NCBI GenBank assembly: GCA_963664705.1
Contig: OY761556.1
Span: 1,504,001 to 1,568,000, forward strand
Length of the DNA stretch: 64,000 nt
Direction: 5' to 3'
Source of the DNA: Acidobacteriota bacterium
GTDB lineage: Bacteria; Acidobacteriota; UBA6911
Part shown: piece after piece, positions 10,590-20,716 of the stretch
How the letters are laid out: each line of letters opens with the position of its first letter
Position numbering within the stretch: the stretch's first letter is position 1
Notes under the pieces: generated by a model
The model's input: the letters and a program-made list of their open reading frames with translations, nothing else
Database searches by the model: none
What the model was told of the DNA's origin: nothing
Program-made: the position numbers and the translations under genes

Positions 10590-11368
10590 TCGGCGATGAA
10601 AAGCTTGAGAAGCAGATACTGGAGCATCTGAAGCTTTACAGGGATTTGGGGGTGCGTTGGGTGCGAGCGTCCGAAAAGCCAAAACAGAAGGCGGCTGCCC
10701 GAACGCAGCGGCGGCCGGATCCAGTGGCGCGGCCGGTTTCGGGACCGGTTCCGAAAACGACCGAGCCGGCGAAAGCGGAAGTCCGTCCGGCGCAGCCAGC
10801 CGCGCAACCGGATAAATTCTTTGATGCGATCCGGGTGGATCTGACGGATTGCAAGCGCTGCAAGCTTTGGTCCACGCGCAAGAACATCGTGTTCGGTTCG
10901 GGGAATCCCCATGCGGACCTGATGTTTGTCGGGGAAGCCCCCGGGGCGGACGAAGATGAACAGGGTTTGCCATTTGTAGGGCGCGCCGGCCAGCTGCTCA
11001 CCAAAATCATCGAGTCGGTCGGACTGCAGCGGAGCGATGTGTTCATCTGCAATATCCTGAAGTGCCGCCCACCCGGAAACCGCAATCCGGAAAGCGAGGA
11101 AATCGCCGCCTGTGAGCAGTTTCTTTTCCGGCAGATTGAGGCGGTGAAGCCGAAGATCATTTGTGCGCTGGGCACGTTTGGTGCGCAGACGCTTTTGCGG
11201 ACCACAGAGCCGATCGGGAGGCTGCGCGGTCGCATGCTCGAATACCGGGGCGTTAAACTCATTGCCACCTATCATCCTGCCTACCTGTTGAGAAACCCGA
11301 TGGAAAAGAGGAAGGTGTGGGAGGACATGCTGGTAATCAAAAAACACCTCGGCTCCGTTCATCCATAA
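10586..11368 (+). CDS. Family 4 uracil-DNA glycosylase (4Fe-4S)
   Basis: [37 protein letters not shown]. Confidence 0.93.
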   Translation: MIGDEKLEKQILEHLKLYRDLGVRWVRASEKPKQKAAARTQRRPDPVARPVSGPVPKTTEPAKAEVRPAQPAAQPDKFFDAIRVDLTDCKRCKLWSTRKNIVFGSGNPHADLMFVGEAPGADEDEQGLPFVGRAGQLLTKIIESVGLQRSDVFICNILKCRPPGNRNPESEEIAACEQFLFRQIEAVKPKIICALGTFGAQTLLRTTEPIGRLRGRMLEYRGVKLIATYHPAYLLRNPMEKRKVWEDMLVIKKHLGSVHP

Positions 11369-11437
11369 ACATCACCGCATGCGCGTCAGGCCCGGGCATA
11401 AGAAATCCGCGTCCGCCGGGAGCGCCGCCGTCCCGGC

Positions 11438-11728
11438 TCATACTGCATTGTATTTGTTCTGAGCCCTGCGATGCGAGTGAGGCACCAGGCCCGGAGGGCC
11501 GAAAGCAAGTAGCCGGGGGTGACGCGTAGCGAACCCCCGGATTGGATTGGACCAGCAACAAGCCCTGAAGGGGTGGCAGAATGATCGATCGTTCGCCCCT
11601 CCAGGTTTTTCTCGCGCTTGTCTCTACCGGGGGGGCGCTGCGCTTCACCCCGGCCACTTTCTGATCGCCCTCCGGGGCTGATATGCGTTGCCCAACCAGG
11701 TTTCTTGGGCAAATAATATGCAGCATTC
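11438..11728. mobile_element. IS4-type MITE, copy 2 (291 bp)
   Basis: Perfect 11-bp direct repeat GCCGTCCCGGC at 11427-11437 and 11729-11739; body colinear with 6239-6534. Confidence 0.75.
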
Positions 11729-11818
11729 GCCGTCCCGGCGGCAGCAGCTGTGGTGAAAGTGGCCAAGCTTTTGCCGGTGAGATGCCGGCGTTCCCGACAG
11801 GTAAGTCGGCAGGAAATC

Positions 11819-14275
11819 ATGCGTGAAATCGTCGATATAGCCATCCCGGTTGGAATTCGAAAAACTTTTTCTTACTCTCTGCCGCCGGAGTTCCGAGGAT
11901 GCATTGCGGAAGGAATGCGTGTGCTGGTGCCATTCGGCCGCAAGCTTCTGACCGGGTATGTGGTTGGCTTTCCGGAGAGCGCGCAGGTGGAGATGAAGAA
12001 GCTGCGCCCTGTCCGGGAGTTGCTCGATTCTGAACCTGCCGTTCCTGCAGCGCTGGTGGAGACGGCGCTCTGGGTTGCCAGGTATTACTTTGCTCCGCCG
12101 GGAGAGGTATTCCGGGCTTTGTTTCCGGCGGGGACGCAGGTGTCGGGAGAGCGGCGCGTCTCTCTTACGCCCAAAGCGGAGAGGCTTCTGGCTGGGGGAT
12201 TACGTCCGGTTGGGCTACGCTCTCAGGAAGATAGGATCCTGGATATCCTGGCAAAGGAAAATTCACGGACAATCAAGGAGCTGTCCGAGTCTTCGGGGTT
12301 GCAGGGTGTCGATGGCTGGATCGAATCGCTCGTAGCGGCGCAATGGGTGCAGGTCGAGACATTTGTTGAAGTGGCCAAGGTGAAGGCGAAGGAGCAGCTG
12401 GGAATTCGCATTCTCGAATTCTCTCCTGAAATTGCCGCGGATCTGCCGACCGCGCAGAAACGGCTGTTCTCGGTGCTCAATCCGGCCGGGGAGCCGGTTC
12501 TGCTGCAGGACGCGTTGAAAGCAGCCAACAGCACAAACGGCGTGGCCCGCGCCCTGGAACAAAAGGGACTGGTTTCGATTGCACCGGCTCAACTGCACCG
12601 GACACCGCTGGACCTGGCCGCCACCGAGGCTTCGATTGCGCCGGTCCTGACGCCGGCACAGAGCGAGCTGGTCGATGGCGTTCTGCAATTGATTTCACAA
12701 GGGCAGGCGGCCCGTTGCCTGATTCATGGCGTGACGGGAAGCGGTAAAACCGAGATCTATCTGCGGCTGATTTCCGAGGTGCTGAAATCCGGTGGCACCG
12801 CGATGTTCCTTGTTCCGGAGATTGGGCTCACTCCGATGCTCAGCCGATTGGTTGTATCCCGTTTCCCGGGCCAGGTTTCGCTGTTGCACAGCGGCATGTC
12901 TCCGGGGGAGCGGTTTGACCAGTGGAGCCGGATTCGGGCCGGCCAGGCCAAAGTTGTGGTTGGAACTCGGTCCGCCGTGTTTGCACCGCTGAAGGATCTT
13001 CGATTCATTGTCATCGATGAAGAGCAGGATTCATCCTATAAGCAGGATGAATCCCCCTGCTACCATGCGCGCGAAGTAGCCTGGCATCGGATGGCGCAGT
13101 GTGGCGGGGTCCTGCTGTTGGGTTCGGCAACTCCATCGATAGAATCCTTCCACTGGGCCAGGCGCAGCGGCCGCTGTTTTTCACTGCCGGAGCGGATCGA
13201 GGCAAAGCCGTTGCCCCTGGTCCATATCGTCGACATGACCCGGGAATTCCAACGCGTCGGCAAACGAACGGTCATTTCAGCAGCCATGGAAGAGGAACTG
13301 CAGAGCTGCATGGATCGCCAGGAACAGGCGATCGTTTTGCTCAATCGCAGAGGGTATTCCCGGTCGCTGCTGTGCCGGAGCTGCGGGCACGTGTTCACAT
13401 GCCCGGACTGCAGCATCAGCATGACTTACCATCAGCTGGAGGATCGGCTGGCTTGCCATTATTGCGGGCAGGATCGCAGCACCCCGGATGTCTGCAGCGA
13501 GTGCGGGGGGGCCTACATTCACTATTCCGGAGTAGGGACCGAACAATTGGAAGCACTGCTGAAAGCACTGCTTCCGAAGGCGAGGATTGCCCGCCTGGAC
13601 AGAGACTCCACGCGCCGACGCGGTGTGCTGAGATCCACGCTGTTTGCCTTTGCCGATCGCAAGCTGGACCTGCTGGTCGGAACCCAGATGCTGGCAAAAG
13701 GGCACGATTTTCCGAACGTTACGCTCGTAGGTGTTGTGTCCGGCGATTCCGGGCTGGCATTCCCGGATTTCAGATCCGCGGAAAGAACGTTCCAGCTTCT
13801 GACCCAGGTGGCGGGCCGCGCGGGCCGGGGGGCCTCTCCCGGCCGCGTGGTTCTTCAATCGTACTACCCCGACAACTACGCGCTGCAGTTTGCACAGCAA
13901 CAGGATTATCAGGGGTTTTATGAGAGGGAGATCGATTTCCGTCGGTTGATGGGATATCCCCCCTATCGCGGATTAGTGCAGATTCTCATTGCGGATCCCG
14001 ACCATTCCAAGGCTTCGGCGACGGCCGAAAAGATAGCCGCTACTTTGCGGAGACTTGCGGCCCGGACTGAAGGCCCGATGCGGCCGCATGTGCTGGGGCC
14101 CGCAGCGGCGCCGATTGAGAAGCTGCGCGGCAATTTCCGGATGCAGGTATTGGTGAAGCTGCACCCGGATTTGCAGGGCGCCGCGATTCTTCAGGATTGC
14201 TTTGAGGAATTGGACCGGCAAAAGTTGTCGGCAGCGCGCGTGCATGTCGACGTCGATCCTCTGTCTCTGCTTTAG
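11819..14275 (+). CDS. priA: Primosomal protein N' (replication restart helicase)
   Basis: GVTGSGKT, VPEIGLTP, IDEEQD, NRRGY, four CxxC pairs, GTQMLAKGHDFP, QVAGRAGR. Confidence 0.96.
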   Translation: MREIVDIAIPVGIRKTFSYSLPPEFRGCIAEGMRVLVPFGRKLLTGYVVGFPESAQVEMKKLRPVRELLDSEPAVPAALVETALWVARYYFAPPGEVFRALFPAGTQVSGERRVSLTPKAERLLAGGLRPVGLRSQEDRILDILAKENSRTIKELSESSGLQGVDGWIESLVAAQWVQVETFVEVAKVKAKEQLGIRILEFSPEIAADLPTAQKRLFSVLNPAGEPVLLQDALKAANSTNGVARALEQKGLVSIAPAQLHRTPLDLAATEASIAPVLTPAQSELVDGVLQLISQGQAARCLIHGVTGSGKTEIYLRLISEVLKSGGTAMFLVPEIGLTPMLSRLVVSRFPGQVSLLHSGMSPGERFDQWSRIRAGQAKVVVGTRSAVFAPLKDLRFIVIDEEQDSSYKQDESPCYHAREVAWHRMAQCGGVLLLGSATPSIESFHWARRSGRCFSLPERIEAKPLPLVHIVDMTREFQRVGKRTVISAAMEEELQSCMDRQEQAIVLLNRRGYSRSLLCRSCGHVFTCPDCSISMTYHQLEDRLACHYCGQDRSTPDVCSECGGAYIHYSGVGTEQLEALLKALLPKARIARLDRDSTRRRGVLRSTLFAFADRKLDLLVGTQMLAKGHDFPNVTLVGVVSGDSGLAFPDFRSAERTFQLLTQVAGRAGRGASPGRVVLQSYYPDNYALQFAQQQDYQGFYEREIDFRRLMGYPPYRGLVQILIADPDHSKASATAEKIAATLRRLAARTEGPMRPHVLGPAAAPIEKLRGNFRMQVLVKLHPDLQGAAILQDCFEELDRQKLSAARVHVDVDPLSLL

Positions 14276-14343
14276 CCCGCATACTAATTAGAGGTTGAGC
14301 TGCGGAATGAAGGCGGGACCCACTGGAAGCGCCGACGTCTCCG

Positions 14344-14827
14344 TAATACCATTTGCTTTTTTTCATTTGCCGATCTTTCGCCCTTCAGGGCTACTATTAT
14401 TTCACCACCCTACCAGGGGTTCGCTCCGCTCACCCCTGGCTACTTGCTTTCGGCCCTCCGGGCCTGGTGCTTCGCTCGTGTCGCAGGGCTCAGAACAAAT
14501 TTTGCGCCTCCGGCGTTCCTGCCAGGGCAGGGGTTCGCTCCGCTCACCCCTGCTTAAACTCCGGCGCTTTCGAGGCTCTTTGAACCGCGAAGCTCGCCCA
14601 GAGCCCTACCTCTTGCGCCTCCAGCGTTCCTACCAGGGCGGGTGGGTACTTCGTTGCCCTGTGACTCGATTCAAGCAGCCGTTGGTGTCATCGGCACGGA
14701 GATCCAGCGCCGGAGGCGCGAAAGATAGTAGCCCCGGGCGAGCTTGCGAGCCCGGGGTTATACTCGGGGGAATCAAAGAGCCCTGAAGGGGCGAAAGAAA
14801 GCGCCTGAAAAAAAGTAAATGGCATTG
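14344..14827. mobile_element. Second IS4-type MITE (484 bp) carrying inverted REP-like modules
   Basis: 22-bp terminal inverted repeats TAATACCATTTGCTTTTTTTCA / TGAAAAAAAGTAAATGGCATTG (19 of 22 match); about 14370-14500 is an inverted copy of the left half of the 6239/11438 element. Confidence 0.65.
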
Positions 14828-14975
14828 GGTGTCTCGCCGGCAAGCCAACGCTCCCGGTGCTGTGATCGACAGGTGCATTGTTTGTTTGGTTCAAAACGGC
14901 AAATTGTGGTACAACGAATTCGTGTTCGTAATCCGGAGTGTGTCCCAGATACAATCAAGTTGAAATGGAGGAATT

Positions 14976-15521
14976 ATGGCAGCATGCTCTAAATGCGGGT
15001 CGGTCGTAGCAGACGGCGCATCCTTCTGCAGCGTTTGTGGGTCACCGGTGTCAGTTGTCAGCAATCCTGTTCCCCCACCTCCGCCCCCACCGCAGTCCCA
15101 GTTTCAGCCTCAGTATCAGTCCCAGCCTCAGCCCCAGGCGCCGCTACAGCCTCAGATGGGAGCGACCTCGGCCGGCCTGAGTTCCAATGTTGCCGGCGCT
15201 CTTGCCTACCTGGTGGGTCTGATCACTGGAATCATCTTCCTGGTTCTGGATCCGTACAAGGGTGATCGTTTTGTCCGCTTCCACGCGTTTCAATCGATTT
15301 TCCTGAATGTCGCCCTGATTATTTTCGGATTTATCTGGAGCGCGATTGTGGGAATGCTGATCTTCTCGCTCGGGCTGCTTTCGCTGGTCAGTTTGATCGG
15401 CTCGCTAGTCTACCTTGCATTCTTTATTCTGTGGTTGTTCCTCATGTTCAAGGCGTACAACAAGGAAATGTTCAAGCTTCCGATCATCGGGGATATTGCC
15501 GAAAAACAGGCTGCCAAATAG
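14976..15521 (+). CDS. Zinc-ribbon plus DUF4870-like membrane protein
   Basis: CSKC...CSVC, Pro/Gln linker, ALAYLVG...VRFHAFQS...FKLPIIGDIAEK. Confidence 0.8.
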   Translation: MAACSKCGSVVADGASFCSVCGSPVSVVSNPVPPPPPPPQSQFQPQYQSQPQPQAPLQPQMGATSAGLSSNVAGALAYLVGLITGIIFLVLDPYKGDRFVRFHAFQSIFLNVALIIFGFIWSAIVGMLIFSLGLLSLVSLIGSLVYLAFFILWLFLMFKAYNKEMFKLPIIGDIAEKQAAK

Positions 15522-15593
15522 GATTTATGATTTGCGGCGGACAATGAGCGGATTGGCCCGCCATCGTCCGTCGCAAATCGTCAACGCTTCTTC

Positions 15594-16499
15594 ATGAGTC
15601 ACGATCACGCACATCACGCGCACCACGCACCGAAAACCGGCAAACAGAATCTGACCCTCGCCCTTGCGATAACCGGCACATGGTTTGTCATCGAGCTGGC
15701 CGGGGGGCTGTATGCCAATAGCCTTGCACTGCTGGCGGATGCAGCGCACATGCTCACCGATCTCGCTGCCCTCGGTCTGAGCCTGTTTGCCCTCAAGATA
15801 TCTGCGCGGCCAGCCACGCATTCCAAGACGTACGGGTACCTGCGTGCCGAAATTCTGGCCGCACTTGCCAACGGCATTTTTCTTATCCTGATCGCCATAT
15901 ATATCTTCTATGAATCCTATCAGCGTTTCCGTTTGCCGGAGGAAGTGAAGAGCGGGACAATGCTCGTCATTGCGTTCACCGGGCTCCTGGCCAATGTAAT
16001 CACGGCCGCGCTTCTGTTCCGGAGCCGGCATGAAAATCTGAATCTGCGAGGAGCCTTCCTGCATGTGCTCGGGGATACGCTTGGATCTGTCGGGGCCATT
16101 ATCGCGGGCGTGCTGATGATTCTTAAAAAGTGGTACCTGGCCGATCCTATTGTGTCAGTGGTTGTCGGTGCGCTGGTGCTGTACAGCTCCTGGGAACTGG
16201 TGGCCGAGAGCGTGGATGTGCTCCTGGAAGGCACGCCCAGGCATTTGAATATTTCAAATATCCTAAACGACCTGGGTCAGCTGAAGGGCGTCCGCTCGGT
16301 CCACGATCTGCATGTGTGGTCCATCACATCCGATATGACAGCCATGAGCTGCCATGTGGTGCTGAAGCCGAACGTGGATGCGGGCGAAGCGCTGGCTGCA
16401 TCCAACCGCCTGATGCGCGAAAAGTATGGGATCGATCATACGACCATCCAGATCGAATTCGACGATTGGCATCCGGGCGAGGACGTCGGCTGCCACTGA
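15594..16499 (+). CDS. CDF family Zn/Co/Cd efflux transporter (CzcD/ZitB-like)
   Basis: His-rich N-terminus, SLALLADAAHMLTD, NLRGAFLHVLGD, VHDLHVW. Confidence 0.93.
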   Translation: MSHDHAHHAHHAPKTGKQNLTLALAITGTWFVIELAGGLYANSLALLADAAHMLTDLAALGLSLFALKISARPATHSKTYGYLRAEILAALANGIFLILIAIYIFYESYQRFRLPEEVKSGTMLVIAFTGLLANVITAALLFRSRHENLNLRGAFLHVLGDTLGSVGAIIAGVLMILKKWYLADPIVSVVVGALVLYSSWELVAESVDVLLEGTPRHLNISNILNDLGQLKGVRSVHDLHVWSITSDMTAMSCHVVLKPNVDAGEALAASNRLMREKYGIDHTTIQIEFDDWHPGEDVGCH

Positions 16500-16500
16500 C

Positions 16501-16668
16501 AAATTACGAATTACGAATGACGAATGATGAATTACGAATGGAACAGCGCGTCCCGGTCTGCGTCATGCGTCATGGGATCGGAACTCTTCCACAAAGGTCT
16601 TCTTAATCAGCCAGCCCAATCATCGCCACATCGTATGTTTTCTTTCGTCATTCGTATTTCGTAATTCG
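16501..16668. repeat. Inverted pair of 7-bp tandem repeats (TTACGAA / TTCGTAA) between convergent genes
   Basis: attacgaattacgaatgacgaatgatgaattacgaat ... ttcgtcattcgtatttcgtaattcg. Confidence 0.75.
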
Positions 16669-17190
16669 TCATTCTGCTGGCGGTGCTGGCGGAACCGGCG
16701 GCTGATACACTGGCGGCATTGCGCCATCTCCGGGTTTGCGTTTCTCGAACAACGCGACGCCGATGGCGCCGCCGACCATGCCGAGCAGGCAGCAGAATGA
16801 AAGCATAAAAATGATGCCTAATGCATAAATAACCCCGGAGTTGGCAATGAAGGCTTCGGCCATTCGGCGGGTTTCCGGCGGCACATTCGGCATCTGTTCC
16901 ATGGATTGCCGGACCTGTTCGACGAAACTGCCATGTCCCAGCAGCATCTGCATCGGCACGGAGAACAGGCCGATGACGATGGCTCCGATGAAACCCGTCA
17001 GCAGCCCGAGCTGGACGCCGCGCCCGAGTTTAACGGCAACCGGCGAGTCCTTAACATAGATGTACGCGGCGATAACGCCGCCGGCAATGACCCAGGCACA
17101 GCAGAGGCAGCTGACGAGGGGCAATGAAGAAAGGATTCCCAAAACCACTCCGCCGATCACCGCAGGCTTCCACAGTCTTTCTTCATTCAT
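16669..17190 (-). CDS. Integral membrane protein, about four TM helices
   Basis: MNEERLWKPAVIGGVVLGILS...; start overlaps the upstream gene's stop (ATGA). Confidence 0.8.
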   Translation of the reverse strand: MNEERLWKPAVIGGVVLGILSSLPLVSCLCCAWVIAGGVIAAYIYVKDSPVAVKLGRGVQLGLLTGFIGAIVIGLFSVPMQMLLGHGSFVEQVRQSMEQMPNVPPETRRMAEAFIANSGVIYALGIIFMLSFCCLLGMVGGAIGVALFEKRKPGDGAMPPVYQPPVPPAPPAE

Positions 17191-17714
17191 ACAAGGTCTC
17201 CTTTGGGTTGCGGGGATGCCAGGAGCAGCGGGCGCAGGGATGCGTCCTCGGCCAGCTCTGAGAGTCCACGCATAACAAGTGAGGATGCCAGCGTGCCGAA
17301 AAACAGGCCGCTGAAAAAGCGCGTGCACCAGGTGTTCGTCCATAGTCCGGCCGCCGGCGCCAGTGCATCGCAGGCAAGCAGTAGGACAGCGCTCAAAATC
17401 CAGCCGCGGCGCGTCCGAGGGCTTCGGTTCATAACATCCATGTTCAGAAAACAGCCGAGAAACAGGCCTGCATAAATACCCATGCAGCGGTGGCAGACCG
17501 CCAGGGGATACCCCAAAAGCGAGAAGGATCTCTCCGGCATCTGATGGCAGATGCGGGAGAAGAGCAGGTACAGGACAGATGCGGCCGTGCCGTGCGAGCG
17601 GGCGAGCAGGATGGGCGCCGCGACGGCACACAGGCAAACCATGCCGCAGGCAGCCGCCACAGCCATGCGCGGCTGGATCGACAATAAGAGATTTCTAAGG
17701 ACTATCCGCTTCAT
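17187..17714 (-). CDS. DUF2085-like membrane protein
   Basis: ICHQMPERSF and AVCHRCMGIYAG motifs. Confidence 0.8.
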   Translation of the reverse strand: MKRIVLRNLLLSIQPRMAVAAACGMVCLCAVAAPILLARSHGTAASVLYLLFSRICHQMPERSFSLLGYPLAVCHRCMGIYAGLFLGCFLNMDVMNRSPRTRRGWILSAVLLLACDALAPAAGLWTNTWCTRFFSGLFFGTLASSLVMRGLSELAEDASLRPLLLASPQPKGDLV

Positions 17715-18022
17715 CCCTACCCCCCCCATTCAAGGGACCGCCATTATACCCGATAACGGCGAAAAGTCTGAAACACGGCAATTCCAGCTCTTTTTTTGGC
17801 CATCCGCCCCGCCTCCACTGGAGCTTCCTGGCGTACCATTTGGGACAGTTTCACTATGCGGAACAGGCCAAAATCCGCTAAAAATGCGGGTAAAATGAAG
17901 GTTCACTTGCGGGGGTTTCGATTCGGATAGCCAATTTCGAATCCTAGGATAAGTTTTTTTTATCCGTCAATGGCCCCTCGATTGCATGGGGGCGCCAAAG
18001 TGGAGCGGGGACCCTACTTTGG

Positions 18023-18115
18023 ACACAAGATTTTGTGCAGAAACGAAGTTTTGGACTATATCTTGTGTGAATTTTCCAAATATATCTTGACAAGCAATTG
18101 CAATTCCCTTATACC
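18023..18115 (+). promoter_or_regulatory. Sigma70-type promoter preceded by two NrdR-box-like palindromes
   Basis: TTGACA (18087) - 17 bp - TATACC (18110); ACACAAGATTTTGTGC at 18023 and GGACTATATCTTGTGT at 18053. Confidence 0.5.
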
Positions 18116-18138
18116 AAATTGCGAAAGGTTAGGGGTGG

Positions 18139-19164
18139 ATGAGAGTTGGATTAACTTTTAATATGAAGAGGGGCGAGCCGGAGGAGGCGCAGGAACCTCC
18201 TGGTAGTTACCCGGCGGACAGCCAGGCGGAATGGGACACACCCGAGACCATTGCCGCCGTGGAGAGCGCCTTGGCCGAACGCCATGAAGTGATCCCGATC
18301 GATGCCGGCGGGGACGCCTATGGTGCCCTCCAGAAGACCCGGCCGGACATCGTTTTCAATATCGCGGAGGGGAGTTCCGGCCCCTGCCGCGAGGGCTACA
18401 TCCCCTCCATCCTGGAGCACCTGAGAATCCCATACACAGCCAGCGACCCCCTCACCCTGAATATCTGCCTGGACAAAGCGCGGACCAAGGAGATTTTGGC
18501 CTATTACGGTCTGCCGACTTCCCGTTTCCGAGTCATCCGGGAGGACGGGTTTTCGTCCAATAGCCTGCATTACCCGCTGATGGTAAAGCCTTTACATGAG
18601 GGGTCCAGCATCGGGATCCGGAACGACTCGTTGGTCCGGAACCGGCAGGAGATGCGGGAGCGAGTCACATGGCTGATGCGGCAGTATGGGGAGCCGGCTT
18701 TGGTGGAGGAGTTTCTGCCCGGACGCGAGTTTACGGTGTCCATCATCGGCAATAACGAAGAAGCCCGTGCGCTTCCGATTGTGGAGATTCTCTTCGATTC
18801 ACTCCCGGACGGAGTGAATCCTATCTATTCCTATGAGGCCAAGTGGATTTGGGATCAGAGTTCAAATCCGCTGAAGATTTTTGAATGTCCGGCCCGCCTC
18901 AGTCCGGAACTGCAGGCTGACATCGAGAGCGCGTGCCTTCGCGCCTATGCGATTTTGCGGTGCCGCGACTGGTGCCGCATTGATGTACGTCTGGACGCTT
19001 CAGGTCGCCCTCATATTATTGAGCTCAATCCCTTGCCCGGAATTTTGCCGAAGCCGGAAGACAACTCCTGTTTTCCGAAAGCGGCGCGTGCGGCGGGGAT
19101 CAATTACAACCAGTTAATCAATGCGGTCCTGGATACTGCGTGTAAACGCTACAGGTTGATCTGA
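18139..19164 (+). CDS. D-Ala-D-Ala ligase-like ATP-grasp protein 1
   Basis: VFNIAEG, PYTASD, VKPLHEGSSIGI, EEFLPGREF, RIDVR, ELNPLPG. Confidence 0.88.
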   Translation: MRVGLTFNMKRGEPEEAQEPPGSYPADSQAEWDTPETIAAVESALAERHEVIPIDAGGDAYGALQKTRPDIVFNIAEGSSGPCREGYIPSILEHLRIPYTASDPLTLNICLDKARTKEILAYYGLPTSRFRVIREDGFSSNSLHYPLMVKPLHEGSSIGIRNDSLVRNRQEMRERVTWLMRQYGEPALVEEFLPGREFTVSIIGNNEEARALPIVEILFDSLPDGVNPIYSYEAKWIWDQSSNPLKIFECPARLSPELQADIESACLRAYAILRCRDWCRIDVRLDASGRPHIIELNPLPGILPKPEDNSCFPKAARAAGINYNQLINAVLDTACKRYRLI

Positions 19165-20207
19165 TGGAACACAACGATTGCGTCATTCTCTACAACGCTG
19201 CGAGTATTGAAGAAGTGGATGGCTGCGAAGAGAAGATTTACGCCTCGAACATTATCCGTTCGGAAGTGGTGGCCATCGAGGAAAGCCTCCGCGAAGGCGG
19301 CTTCAACCCGTATGTGCTTTCGGTTGAGTATTTCACGAAAGACCTGGTCGATACTCTGGCCGATCTCGCGCCGAAGTTTGTGTTTAACCTGGTGGAAGAG
19401 ATCAACGGGAAATGCGAACAGGAAGCCTGTGTCGCGGGGCTGCTCGACATGATGGGAATCCCGTATACGGGCTCCGACCCGTTTGCATTGGGATTGGCGC
19501 TTAATAAATTTCATGTGAAGCAGATCCTGCGATCAGCGGGCATCCCCACGGCCCGCGGATTCCTGCGGTTCCCGGGGCAGAAGCTGTCGATTCCGCGCGG
19601 CATGCGGTTCCCGATGTTTGTGAAGCCAGCCCACGAGGATGCCAGCCTCGGGATCAACAGCAATTCCGTGTGCTACACGGCGGAGCAGCTCGAACGGCAG
19701 ATCCGATATATTCAGGAGATTTATCAGCAGGAAGCGCTGATCGAAGAATACCTGGACGGTCGTGAATTCAACGTCTCGGTGATCGGCGACAAGCGGCCGG
19801 AGGTGCTCGCGGTTCAGGAAATAGACTTTTCCGGAATGCCGGAGGGGGAACCGCGAATCGTGAGCTATCGCGCGAAATGGGACGAGGAGAGTGATTTTTA
19901 CAAAGGCACCGTGCCTGTCTGCCCGGCAAATATTCCGAAGCGAATGGAAAACCGGATTCGCGATGTTGCGATCCGGAGCCATTTGACCCTGGGCTGCCGC
20001 GATTATTCGCGTGTGGATATGCGCACCGATGCCCGCGGCAACCTGTATGTGCTCGAGGTGAATCCCAACTGCGATATTTCGCCGGGGGCCGGATTCGCGC
20101 GGGCCGCAGGAGTTGCCGGATACAGCTACACCGAGATCATTGTCAAAATCAGTGAAACAGCTATGGAGCGCGGCGCGAAAGTGACCGACGCCATTTATGC
20201 ATTCTGA
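19164..20207 (+). CDS. D-Ala-D-Ala ligase-like ATP-grasp protein 2
   Basis: VFNLVE, PYTGSD, VKPAHEDASLGI, EEYLDGREF, RVDMR, EVNPNC. Confidence 0.88.
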   Translation: MEHNDCVILYNAASIEEVDGCEEKIYASNIIRSEVVAIEESLREGGFNPYVLSVEYFTKDLVDTLADLAPKFVFNLVEEINGKCEQEACVAGLLDMMGIPYTGSDPFALGLALNKFHVKQILRSAGIPTARGFLRFPGQKLSIPRGMRFPMFVKPAHEDASLGINSNSVCYTAEQLERQIRYIQEIYQQEALIEEYLDGREFNVSVIGDKRPEVLAVQEIDFSGMPEGEPRIVSYRAKWDEESDFYKGTVPVCPANIPKRMENRIRDVAIRSHLTLGCRDYSRVDMRTDARGNLYVLEVNPNCDISPGAGFARAAGVAGYSYTEIIVKISETAMERGAKVTDAIYAF

Positions 20208-20697
20208 CGAGCATCCAACGATTGCAGTTCGACCGATGGCATCACGCGATCTACCTGTCGTCTCTTCACTAGTCGGGTCGATCGAGAACTTCAATGGAGC
20301 TGAAGTCGACTGTGCCCTGGAACTGATCAACATCTATCTGCAGAACGATAATCAAACCGACTACCGTGTGGTTGTGGCCGAGGATTCTACCCCCTCCGTG
20401 CGTGCGTATGCGTGCTGGGGACCGGTGCCGCTGACCAGGGGGACGTATGACCTCTACTGGATCGCAACGCACCCGGAGTCGCGCGGTCACGGTTATGGGC
20501 AGGCGCTGATGTCGTATGTGGAAGACAAGGTTAAAGCAGAGAAAGGCCGGCTTCTCGTCGTGGAGACGTCGGGAAAAAGTTCGTACACCGCAACGGTTCA
20601 GTTTTATCAACGCCTCGGGTACGAGGAGGCATCTCGTATAGAGCACTTTTACGATGTCGGGGATGACAGGCTGATTCTTGTGAAGAGGCTTTCCTGA
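20197..20697 (+). CDS. GNAT family N-acetyltransferase
   Basis: YDLYWIATHPESRGHGYGQAL, VETSG, FYQRLGY. Confidence 0.9.
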   Translation: MHSDEHPTIAVRPMASRDLPVVSSLVGSIENFNGAEVDCALELINIYLQNDNQTDYRVVVAEDSTPSVRAYACWGPVPLTRGTYDLYWIATHPESRGHGYGQALMSYVEDKVKAEKGRLLVVETSGKSSYTATVQFYQRLGYEEASRIEHFYDVGDDRLILVKRLS

Positions 20698-20716
20698 CAG
20701 GGAGACAGGCTCGCAA

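Noticed and set aside
11750-11818. N-terminal extensions of priA (also gmk 7464, permease 32571, membrane protein 17637)
   Set aside because: They run through repeats or neighbouring genes; better-placed downstream starts exist
6239-14827. CRISPR array or small ORFs within the intergenic repeats
   Set aside because: No regular repeat-spacer period and no cas genes; the ORFs are translations of palindromic MITE sequence
18139-20207. Vancomycin-resistance (van) ligases
   Set aside because: No vanH, vanX or vanRS nearby; the KamA/GNAT context points elsewhere
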